Source: an uncultured Bifidobacterium sp.
GTDB lineage: Bacteria > Verrucomicrobiota > Verrucomicrobiia > Limisphaerales > JADJPG01
Assembly: GCA_964491875.1 (NCBI GenBank)
Contig: CAZBIC010000037.1
Span: forward strand, 4,567-68,566
Length of the DNA: 64,000 nt
Direction: 5' to 3'
Shown one piece after another: positions 9,510 through 18,800 of this stretch (its first letter is position 1; each line of letters begins with the position of its first letter). The notes under the pieces are model-generated. The model was not told the origin of the DNA. It saw nothing but the letters and a program-made list of their open reading frames with translations, and ran no database searches. The translations under genes and the position numbers were made by a program.

Positions 9510-10328
9510 ATGACCACCCTTCCGACTGTAAAACTCGACCGCGGCATCCACGTGATGCATCTCTTCTACCGCATTGACCGCGCCCGTTGGTCCCAGTTGC
9601 CCGCCGGCGAATCCGGCAAGGCGTTAAAGAATCTCGAAACCCTTTGCGCTGCGAACGTGGCTGAATCCCATCCGCGCATCGTTTCCTTCGCCAATGTCGG
9701 CGGCAAGGCGGACTTCGCCTTCATCCTTTACGCGGCGGAGCTTGGCCACGTCGGCCAGATGCACCGCGATCTGGAAGCCTGCTTCCCGCCCGGAATTCTC
9801 CAACCTGTTTACACCTATCTGAGCGTCACGGAACTGAGCGAATACACGTCGACGGAAGAAGACAACCGCCGGATGCTCACCGAACAGGAGAAGCTGCAGC
9901 CGGGAACGGAAGCCTTCGAAAAGCGTTTCGCCGAAATCAGCGCGCGCATGAAGGAATACGAACATTACCGTCTGTATCCCGAGCTGCCCGACTGGGAAGT
10001 GATGTGCTTCTACCCGATGAACAAGCGCCGCATCGGAAACGACAATTGGTACTCGCTCGACCTGCCCACCCGCAAAAAGCTGATGGGCGGCCACGCACGC
10101 GTCGGACGCAAATACGCCGGCCGCGTCTCGCAGCTGATCACCGGTTCAACCGGCTTGGACGACTGGGAATGGGGCGTGACGCTGATGGCGCATCAAGTCG
10201 ATGCCATCAAAGAGATCGTTTACGAAATGCGTTTCGACGAAGTCAGCGCGCGGTACGGCGAGTTCGGTGAATTCTACATCAATCTCCGCCTCCAACCCGC
10301 CGCGCTCTGGGCGCACTTGAAACTATAG
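9510..10328 (+). CDS. hemQ: Chlorite dismutase-family haem-binding protein (coproheme decarboxylase HemQ/ChdC-like)
   Basis: Family pattern: HVMHLFYRID, FAFILYAAELGHV, MCFYPMNKRR...NWYSL, GGHARVGRKYAG and DDWEWGVTL. ATG at 9510 is preferred over the TTG at 9468. Confidence 0.8.
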   Translation: MTTLPTVKLDRGIHVMHLFYRIDRARWSQLPAGESGKALKNLETLCAANVAESHPRIVSFANVGGKADFAFILYAAELGHVGQMHRDLEACFPPGILQPVYTYLSVTELSEYTSTEEDNRRMLTEQEKLQPGTEAFEKRFAEISARMKEYEHYRLYPELPDWEVMCFYPMNKRRIGNDNWYSLDLPTRKKLMGGHARVGRKYAGRVSQLITGSTGLDDWEWGVTLMAHQVDAIKEIVYEMRFDEVSARYGEFGEFYINLRLQPAALWAHLKL

Positions 10329-10333
10329 TCGCT

Positions 10334-11062
10334 CTAAAACAGATTCGGGATCGACTGCAGCACCTGCTCCACGTTTGCGGCTGTCACGAGCTGGAAACGG
10401 CGTTCGAACTCTTCTTTCCAATCGCCGCTCACCGGAACGTTGTTGTCCGGCGCGCCCGGCTTGGGCAGGACGAACGTCACCAGCTTCCCGCTCTTCACCG
10501 CCTGCAAAATCGTCGCGCTGGCGGTAACACTTCGAAAGTCCGGAAGCAAGAGCGCGAACTTCACCGGCGACGCCGGCTTCCACGCTTCACACGCCTCCAG
10601 CTCGGCAGGCAATCCGATCAAGCTCACTACGACGGGACAATTAGCGTGTTGTTTGATCACCTTGTCGAAAGCGTCCGGCGCAACGAGAAAACTTACCGGC
10701 GTCGTAGTCTCAATCCCCGTCAACAACGCGGCGGGATTCTGCTGAGCCTCCGCCTTCAATTCAGGAAACGCCACCGCTCCCACCGGGAGCTGCGTTCCCA
10801 ATCCCTCGCGGAGTCCGGCCAGCCCGGCCTGCTCCATTTCGGCGATCGCATTGGCGACATCGGCTCTCTGCGTGAATGGATTCGAGATTACCAGCACGCG
10901 AGTTCCAGATGGCTGCGAACGCACCAATTCCTCAGCCAGCCCGCGCGCCGCGATTTCGCGAATTCGCAACGTGGTCCCGACGGGATTTGGCTTGGTGAAG
11001 AACCAGATGCCACCACCTGTCAGCAGCAGGAGCAGAAGAATGAGGGCCGGCTTTTGTTGCAT
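10334..11062 (-). CDS. Hypothetical membrane-anchored/periplasmic protein
   Basis: 242 aa with balanced composition and an N-terminal anchor (ALILLLLLLTGGGIWFF). No motif recognised. Confidence 0.55.
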   Translation of the reverse strand: MQQKPALILLLLLLTGGGIWFFTKPNPVGTTLRIREIAARGLAEELVRSQPSGTRVLVISNPFTQRADVANAIAEMEQAGLAGLREGLGTQLPVGAVAFPELKAEAQQNPAALLTGIETTTPVSFLVAPDAFDKVIKQHANCPVVVSLIGLPAELEACEAWKPASPVKFALLLPDFRSVTASATILQAVKSGKLVTFVLPKPGAPDNNVPVSGDWKEEFERRFQLVTAANVEQVLQSIPNLF

Positions 11063-11076
11063 GACGCGGAAGGAAT

Positions 11077-11769
11077 TCAGAAGTAACCCGGCGCGGTGTC
11101 CGTGCCGTACTCAGCCGTAATCCCGAGTTCCTCCAGCCGACGGCGGTTCAGTCCTTCCGCGTGACCATCGAGGAACAATCCGTTCGCCCGACCGGAGTGC
11201 CGGGCATGGACGTTCTTCACCGGACCGGCGGCGTTGAACTTGTAGTACTGACGGGCGGTCCAGCCATCCTGGGCCTGACTGGTCGTATCCACCACGTGAA
11301 GGTAGTCCGAAGGATTCTCCACTTTGTCCAGCACGAGCTCGGGCCGAGTGAGCCAGTTCAACATGGTTCCACTGAGATACGTGGTCGGTGGATCGCGGCG
11401 GATGCCATAAACAAGACGCCAGTCCTGAAACACCACCGGCTTGTAGCTGGGACAGACAAACACCTCGCGGGCGGTGAGCGTCGAGTTCGTGCTGAGCACC
11501 GTGGCCCAGCTCTCGAACTGCGGCGTGACATGCGGAAAATCCAACAACTGGCGGCCTTCGCTGTCGTCGGCATACATCAGCGTCGCGATGCCAATCTGTT
11601 TAAGGTTGTTCAGATCCTGCGCGCTCTTCGCCTTCTCCTTCGCCTTGCTCAGTGCCGGAAGCAGAAGCCCCGCGAGAATCGCGATGATGGCGATCACCAC
11701 CAACAGTTCGATCAGCGTGAACGCCGCCGGCTGCCGAGAGTGCCCTGAAGTAAATCCACTCGCTTCCAT
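11077..11769 (-). CDS. Prepilin-type N-terminal cleavage/methylation domain protein, H-X9-DG family
   Basis: [25 protein letters not shown] pilin-like N-terminus. C-terminal [13 protein letters not shown] gives H-X9-DG. Confidence 0.9.
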   Translation of the reverse strand: MEASGFTSGHSRQPAAFTLIELLVVIAIIAILAGLLLPALSKAKEKAKSAQDLNNLKQIGIATLMYADDSEGRQLLDFPHVTPQFESWATVLSTNSTLTAREVFVCPSYKPVVFQDWRLVYGIRRDPPTTYLSGTMLNWLTRPELVLDKVENPSDYLHVVDTTSQAQDGWTARQYYKFNAAGPVKNVHARHSGRANGLFLDGHAEGLNRRRLEELGITAEYGTDTAPGYF

Positions 11770-11889
11770 GAGTTTCGTGCCGTTAGACTACCAGAAATTG
11801 AAATTGGGTCAAACAACGCCAATTCCACGGCGTTCCCCGGTCAAACATAACCGGGGATCCACTCTGCCGTCTGCGCCCGTCCGCTGACC

Positions 11890-13338
11890 ATGCTTTTCAA
11901 CTCGGGCATCTTCCTCCAGTTCTTCGCCGCGTTCCTGCTCCTCTACTGGCTAGTCCGTGGCAGCATGGCGCAGCGGAACTGGCTCATCCTCGCCGCCAGC
12001 TACCTTTTTTACGGTTGGTGGGCTCCGACGACGAACGCAGCGGCCGAGGACTCCACCAACGCAATCGTCTCCGCGATCTGGCACTGCCGTTTCCTTGCAC
12101 TACTCGTCGCCACCAGCCTTTTTGATTTCTTCATCGCCAAGAAAATCGACGCCTCCGATTCGCCACGCCACCGCAAACTCCTGATCGCCGCCAGTATGAC
12201 GGCAAACCTCAGCGTCCTTGCCTTCTTCAAGTACGCGGACTTCTTTCTGCAATCCGCCACCGACGCCCTGAATGCGCTCGGCCTCAGCATCGCGCCACGC
12301 ACGCTCGGGCTAGTGCTGCCCGTCGGCATCTCGTTCTACACTTTTCAGTCGATGAGCTACACCATCGACGTCTACCGTCGCGAACTGCGCGCCACGCACA
12401 GCCCGAAAAACTTTCTCGCGTTCGTCTCCTTCTTCCCGCAGCTCGTCGCCGGCCCAATCGAGCGCGCAAAACATCTCCTGCCCCAGTTCGAATGCACTCG
12501 CACCATCACACTCCCCATGGTGCAGGAAGGCATCTGGCTGATGATCTGGGGCATGTTCAAGAAGGTCGTGCTGGCGGACAACTTCGCGCCGCTCGCCGAC
12601 ATGGTCTTCGGCGACAAATCCTTCTCCGCCGCCACGGTGCTGCTCGGCACGCTCGCCTTTGGCCTGCAAATCTACTGTGACTTCTCGGGCTACTCGGACA
12701 TCGCCCGCGGCACCGCGCGCGTCCTCGGCTTCGACATCATGTGGAACTTCCACCTGCCCTACTCCGCCACCAGCCTGCGCGAATTCTGGCAACGCTGGCA
12801 CATCAGTCTTTCCAGCTGGCTGCGCGATTACCTCTACGTTCCCCTCGGTGGCAATCGCCACGGCACGACGCGCACCTACATCAATCTCACGCTCACCATG
12901 CTTCTCGGCGGACTCTGGCACGGGGCCGCTTGGAACTTCGTTCTGTGGGGACTCTGGCACGGACTCGGACTCGCCGTCACCCGCTCGGCTCTCGCGAACT
13001 TCCGCCTGCCGCGACCGCTCGCGTGGCTCGCCACCATGGCGTTCGTCTTCTACGGCTGGCTGATGTTCCGCGCGATTTCGTTCTCGCAAATCGCCGCCAT
13101 GACCCGCGCTCTCAGCGATTTCTCGGCACCCGTCTGGATCGGCAGCTTCGTGATCAACCTCGTCGTCTTCAGCCTTCCATTGATCGCGATGGAGCTCTGG
13201 CAACTTCGGAAGAACAATCTCCTCGCGCCGCTCCAACTTCCTGCATGGGCGCAATACACCCTGCAAGGCACGCTCCTCACCGCCGTCGTGTTATTTTGGG
13301 ACAAGAAAGGCGCCACCTTCATCTACTTCCAGTTCTGA
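11890..13338 (+). CDS. MBOAT-family membrane O-acyltransferase (AlgI/DltB-like)
   Basis: 482-aa polytopic protein with FYTFQSMSYTIDVYR, FFPQLVAGPIER and the conserved His region LGGLWHGAAWNF. Confidence 0.9.
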   Translation: MLFNSGIFLQFFAAFLLLYWLVRGSMAQRNWLILAASYLFYGWWAPTTNAAAEDSTNAIVSAIWHCRFLALLVATSLFDFFIAKKIDASDSPRHRKLLIAASMTANLSVLAFFKYADFFLQSATDALNALGLSIAPRTLGLVLPVGISFYTFQSMSYTIDVYRRELRATHSPKNFLAFVSFFPQLVAGPIERAKHLLPQFECTRTITLPMVQEGIWLMIWGMFKKVVLADNFAPLADMVFGDKSFSAATVLLGTLAFGLQIYCDFSGYSDIARGTARVLGFDIMWNFHLPYSATSLREFWQRWHISLSSWLRDYLYVPLGGNRHGTTRTYINLTLTMLLGGLWHGAAWNFVLWGLWHGLGLAVTRSALANFRLPRPLAWLATMAFVFYGWLMFRAISFSQIAAMTRALSDFSAPVWIGSFVINLVVFSLPLIAMELWQLRKNNLLAPLQLPAWAQYTLQGTLLTAVVLFWDKKGATFIYFQF

Positions 13339-13433
13339 GGCGAATACTTGGGTCCGGAGTTTCGCGCTCCGATTCGGCGCACGCTTCGCCGCTCGCCATT
13401 ACATCGTTGCCCATGATCGGTCCAACTCGGTGC

Positions 13434-14714
13434 TCACGCGTTCTTCGGCTGCTCCGCCACCCCGGTCACCCGCAGGCAAAACTTCACTGCCTCGATGAAC
13501 TTCAGCCACGTATCAACCTTCGGATTGGCAACCGCTGATCGGACGCAATGGCTGAATTGATTTGCGTTCACCAGTGTGTTCCCGTCCGGTGCGGCGGACA
13601 GCAAGCCGGTGGACACGAACTCAGCCAGCCTGGCTGCGAACAGGCCACCGGACCGGCAGGATTCGACGAGCACATAGACCTTCTCCGGATGATTCCGGAC
13701 CACCGCACTGTTTTGGCGCAGCCTTTGCCAGAAGGCCGGATGAGTGATCCACTCCTTCGTCCGTTGACTCGCTGTTTCCCATTCCATGGCGATCTGGTTC
13801 GTCGGGTTATGCTGGCCGCCGTATCCGTGGGCCGCCACGTAGATCACCATTTGATCGTTCGGCGAATTGCAGAACGTCTGCGGCACATCCCGGTCCAGCG
13901 ACTGCACCATCATGTCGAAAGTGTCGACACCCAGCCTGAAATCAAATCCCGGCCCGCCTGCGTAGCTGGACCGCGTCCGGTAACCGCGCTGCGCGAACCC
14001 GACCGCGACCCGCAACGTCTCGTCCCACAACGGATCCATCCGCTGATGCGTCAGCGGATCGACCGCGGAATATCCTTGGAAACACATCCCATAGAACAGA
14101 AACGTCGGTGGCGGTTCATTTGGGCCAGGGGCCGGCGGTGCCGTGGGCACATAACCGCCGCCAGTTGGATTACTGGTGGGCACTGGAAGATCCGTCCCCG
14201 GCCAGGGCCCGTGCAATGGCGGACCCAGTAATTCCTGCGGCGTAGGACTGAGCCAGATCTCACTGGTGAACGATGTTTTCCACAATTGCGCATACAACTG
14301 CCGGTTATGGATCGCGCAAGCCTCCAGCATCCCGGCATTGAAAAGCGGAAACGTCCGTCCGTTGGTCACGAGATTCCCCGTCCACACACTGGAAAACGCC
14401 TTGTTCGCGCCGAAACCGTTTAAAACCACCAACGCCAGCGGACGGTCAAACAGCGCCATCGGCTGAGCATCGACCAAATACACGCGGCAGCCAAAGCCCA
14501 GCCCCTCCAGCCAGGAACGCACAAACGAATACGACTGCCCAGTCTCCTCCAAGCCGACACGGACCTCCACGTCACACGGCAGCGGAACCCTGTACACCGC
14601 CGATTTCTCGAAAGAAAACTTCTCCCTCAATTCACCATCACGCATCAGCGACCGGATGGTTACCAGCGCGCGACAGTTGACCCAGTGCTCCAACCGAACG
14701 TTCATCGTGCTCAT
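13434..14714 (-). CDS. Hypothetical cytosolic protein with C-terminal clan-CD (caspase/legumain-like) peptidase signature
   Basis: 426 aa, no signal peptide. A hydrophobic strand + His-Gly (MVIYVAAHG) is followed 57 residues later by a hydrophobic strand + Cys (VYVLVESCRSGG). This is the clan CD catalytic dyad pattern. The N-terminal ~200 aa and the Pro-rich linker are unrecognised. Confidence 0.4.
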   Translation of the reverse strand: MSTMNVRLEHWVNCRALVTIRSLMRDGELREKFSFEKSAVYRVPLPCDVEVRVGLEETGQSYSFVRSWLEGLGFGCRVYLVDAQPMALFDRPLALVVLNGFGANKAFSSVWTGNLVTNGRTFPLFNAGMLEACAIHNRQLYAQLWKTSFTSEIWLSPTPQELLGPPLHGPWPGTDLPVPTSNPTGGGYVPTAPPAPGPNEPPPTFLFYGMCFQGYSAVDPLTHQRMDPLWDETLRVAVGFAQRGYRTRSSYAGGPGFDFRLGVDTFDMMVQSLDRDVPQTFCNSPNDQMVIYVAAHGYGGQHNPTNQIAMEWETASQRTKEWITHPAFWQRLRQNSAVVRNHPEKVYVLVESCRSGGLFAARLAEFVSTGLLSAAPDGNTLVNANQFSHCVRSAVANPKVDTWLKFIEAVKFCLRVTGVAEQPKNA

Positions 14715-14987
14715 TTGATTCCTTTCAATGGATCAGACGCACCACGTGCCTTCCTTTACACAACGGCCTGCTTGCCCACCTGCACCATCGCCTCGTCCGC
14801 GGTGGAGACACCGGCTCGAACGGAAACCAGTTGGAAAAACACGCGTATGCCGATCAGCTTGGCCTACATGCGAATCATCATTCACACCCCACGAACGCGG
14901 GAAAGGGCAATTCCAGGCAAACTTCAGCCCCTGCTCGTTACATCCGCACTTCAACCCGTGGCCGGATTAGGCGGACCACATGCGCCG

Positions 14988-15314
14988 CTACACCGTAGTT
15001 CCAATCTGCCGCCGCAATCGCGCGTTCAATCGCGACTTCCATTTCCGCGTCAGCTCATGCTCCCAGAGACGCAAGACCCGCCAGCCGTTACGCCGCAACG
15101 TGCGCGTCACCAGTTCCGCCGTGGAGAAGCCGAGAGCCCTCGCAAGTCGCGCGACGTTCTTGATGCCGGGATTGCGCAGGCCGCGTTCGATGCCGGAGAT
15201 GTAGTTGGGATCGATCTCGGCTTTCTCAGCCAGCTATTCCTGCGTCAGCTCGCGCACCTCGCGGCGGCGGACGTTCTGCCCGAGGGCGGCAAGGACGGCG
15301 TCACGTTTCTACAT
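14988..15314 (-). pseudogene. Relic XRE-HTH::Vsr C-terminus fusion (collapsed paralogue of the 51.5-57.8 kb operon) with two in-frame TAG stops
   Basis: The minus-strand frame reads M*KRDAVLAALGQNVRRREVRELTQE*LAEKAEIDPNYISGIERGLRNPGIKNVARLARALGFSTAEL|VTRTLRRNGWRVLRLWEHEL... Codons 1-68 match HTH1 (51520..) and codons 69-88 match the Vsr C-terminus (VTRTLRRDGWRVLRIWEHEL, 57.7 kb). The stops are at 15309-15311 and 15234-15236. Confidence 0.8.
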
Positions 15315-15316
15315 GA

Positions 15317-15360
15317 CTGATAGTCCATAAGCCGGAAGCGAAAGGTCTATGGACGATCAG
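15317..15360. promoter_or_regulatory. Relic copy of the controller-protein operator (inverted repeat)
   Basis: Arms ctgatagtccata (15317-15329) and tatggacgatcag (15348-15360) are separated by 18 nt. The arms are identical to those at 51474-51517 (in reverse orientation), while the spacer differs. Confidence 0.6.
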
Positions 15361-15825
15361 CCAGGTAGTGAATACCGAGATCGCCGGGAGGAGTTGCGGA
15401 GCACGTCGCCGCCCGGCGTCTTGCTCCGCTCATTTTCCACGATGAATACGAGTCATGGCTCCGACTCGAAGCCCACCAAGTTGCGATGGTTCAGATCCTC
15501 CGCTCGTGACGGAATCTCCGGGACAGACTCGTGTGACACGTCCTGATCTTGGACACCACGGCGCAGGCCGTTGGGCAGGCGACATCGATGCCGGCCAATT
15601 GAACCACGCAGAGCGCTGATTTGGCCTGTGCGGTTCCGGAGCTTCGGCAGCAGAACAATTCCCTGGGAGATTCTCGCCCTCCTTTCAGTCGCTGGCACGC
15701 GGGCTGCAAGCCGCGATGAGTGATTCAAAGCAATCGCCACAGTGAAGTGAAACGTCCGTTGGTCATGGAGTCATCCGGAAGCCACGAGTCCGAAGCACAA
15801 CGATAGGAAATCGCAAAGGTCATTT

Positions 15826-18800
15826 ATGGATAACCAAACTGATTCGCAGAACGCTCCCGAGACGGCGCCGAAGTCGCGCTTCGCCAAGTTCGACTGGTCG
15901 GGATTCAAGGGCAAACGGATCTCTGTCCTCACCGTGCCGCTCCTGGTGATGGCGACCATCACCGAGTTCGTCATTCTCGCCACCGGCTGGAAATATCAAC
16001 AGACGGTCTGCGTGCCGCAGGGGATGGGCGTGACGTTCTTCGGCATCGGACCGATCGGCGCGACGATTCTCGCCGTCGAGTTGCTGAAGCTGCCGCTCGC
16101 GATCTGGACCGCGTCACGTTGCGGGTGGCAAAAGTGGTTCATGCTGACCGCCGGGTTGCCGCTAATCTGCCTCCTCACTTTCCAGCTTGTGAAGGACATG
16201 GCGGTCTACGAAATGGGCGCCGCGATGAAACCCGCCAGCGAGTTGCTCGAACAAGCCGCGACCGAGGAAGGAAAGATCGCGCGTCTTAATGCCGAGCTCG
16301 GCAACCAGCTTAAGGACGAGACCGCAGTGAAAGCTTCAATCGCAGAAAAGAAAGCTGAGCGAGATCGCAAGGTGGCGGAACTCACCGCAAAGCAGACGAA
16401 AGCCAAGGCGGAGATCGAGGAGTCCATCAAACGCAACGACGCCTCCCGCCAGGACGCAGTCACGTTGACCGACTTCCAGAAGAAGGAACTCGCCGAGGTC
16501 GAAATCCGTCAGGCGAATCTCATCCGTCAGTTCGACGCCGACGCGGCACAGCTGACGAAGGCGATCGCCGATCTGCGTGCGCAACGCGAAACCGAGATGA
16601 GCCGCGCGGCTTCATGGAACGTGGAGGAGGCGCGAATCGAAAACGCCTTCAAGGCGCGGATGGCGGAATACACGAACAAGAAGACGGCTTACGAAAAGGA
16701 AAAGGCTGAATACGACAGCGCGAATGTTCTGCGCCGCCAGTTGATGAAGGAACCAGTCGACCCAGGTGTGCCCCCGGCCCGCGAGGTGAACAAGATTCTC
16801 AAGCCGACGCTGGTCGCAGAACTGGAAGCGCAGATCAAGGCGAAGGAATCCGAGCTCGCCGTCGTAAACAACAAACGCCGTGACGGCGTCGCCCAGGTCG
16901 GATCCGATGCGCGCAAAATGCGCGAGGAATTCTCCCGCCGCTCAGGAACTAAACGCGAAGAGACCGACCGCAAGCGCGAAGAATTCCTCACCGCACTTGC
17001 CGCGTTGACCAAGGAAGGCGCTGCGGAGTTGAAGCAAATCGACAAGGACTACGAAGCCGCCGTGCAGAAGGAGCAGGATTCTCTCAAGAGCCGTCGTCCG
17101 CTGGAGATTGTCCGTGCGGAGCTCGACGCCAGTCGAAAGAAGGCCGACGCGCTCTACGAAGCCCGCGAAGCCGCCATCAAGAACACGCAGGTTCATCGTA
17201 TCGCCACCACGGTCGAGATTGTCCGGGGACTTTTTGCAGGTGAACCGCCGGCCTCCATCAAATCGACCGCCAAGGAACGCGGTGACATCTACACCGACCA
17301 AATCAGCATGGTCCGCATCTGGGTGTATCCGGTGCTCGCATTCATCGTCGCGTTCCTGCCGACGTTGATGGTGGAGATTGGTTTCTCCACGATCTTCCAG
17401 CCGGACAATCAGCAGAAGAGTCGTCCGCATCGCCTCGGCTTCTTCGGCCGCCGCCTCCACTGGCTCTACACCCGCGCTGGCCGGATCAAGATTCTCCGTG
17501 CCGAACGCATTGCGCGTGAAGCCTCATCCCAGATCGCCTCCCGTGATGAAGCCATCGCCGCTGAGAAAGCCAATGCGGCCAACGCCCTCAGCGCGAAAGA
17601 CGCCGAACTGCAAGCCGCCCAGAAAGCGCTTGCCGACGCCGCAACTTCTCGCGAAGAGGAACTTCAAAAGAAGGAGGAAGAATGGGTGGCGAAGTTCTCC
17701 AGCATGGCGGACTCGCTCAATCGCACGGTTCTCGAGAAGGATGCGCTGCGTGACCTGCAGAAGTCTGAAATCGAACGCCAGATTCAGATGCGTCAAAACG
17801 CCTGGTCCGAGCGCGTGACTCAGCTGCGTCAGGAACTCGACGACCAACGTGCAGCCGCAGAGGCCGAGCGCACCACGCTCATGCAGGAGCATCACAAGAA
17901 GCTCCTGGAAGTGACCGAGGACTGCAAAACGCAGGTCATCCAAGCCCGCCGCCAGTTGGCCGATGCCGAAATCGAGAAGGTAGAAGCGCTCGCCAAACTT
18001 TCGAATGATCTCAAGGAAGCGCTCTACGAACGCGACCGGGCGGAATCCGAACTCAAGCATGCGACAGAATCCAACGCTCGCCAGTTGACCCTTGCCCAGG
18101 AGGAAGCGAGTCGCGAACTCGAGAAGGCGATTCGCGCCGAGAAGCAGCGCACCGAGAAGTTGCAAGCCGACTTCGAGCGCACGTTGCGCCAGCGCGAGGA
18201 AGAACAGGAACGGCGCCTCAAGCAACAGCAGCAGGAACTCGAACTGGGATTTGAGACGCGTCTGCTCGAGGAGAAGAACCGAGCTGAACAGGACACCCGC
18301 CGCCGCCAGGTCGACTTCGAACGCGAACTCGACGAGCGCACACGCGAGGTCGAGGCCCGTTGGACCCGCGAAGTTCAGCAACGCGATGACGCCGCGCAAA
18401 TCAAACTCAAGCAGCGCGAGCAACAGTTGCAGGCTCAGGCCGAGGCTCGCGTGGCCGAAGTTCAGGCGCAGGCCGAACAAGAGCTTCGCCGCCGCGAACA
18501 GGAATTCGAACGTCAGTCCGACGCTCAGATGCGCGATGCGGATGGACGTTTGCGCGAGGAACTGCAGCAGAAGGAACTCGCCTTCCACGCCAAACTCAAG
18601 CAGCGCGAACAGGATCTCACCACCCGCGCCGCCGATCGCGAGACGGAGCTGCAGAACAAGTGGGCCGCCGACTTGCGCGGCCGCGAAGTCGAATGGGAAA
18701 AGCAGACCGAATCACGCGTTCGCGCCGCCGAGCAACGTCACAGCCAGGAAACCCAGCAGAAGGAAGAGCTCTTCCAAGTGCGACTCAACCAGCGCGAGCA

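Noticed and set aside
14988-15314. The two in-frame TAG codons as programmed readthrough or an alternative genetic code (for example pyrrolysine or amber suppression).
   Set aside because: TAG is used as a normal stop by other genes in the window. The locus is a deletion fusion missing most of the operon, and one TAG is codon 2. Pseudogene decay is the simpler explanation.
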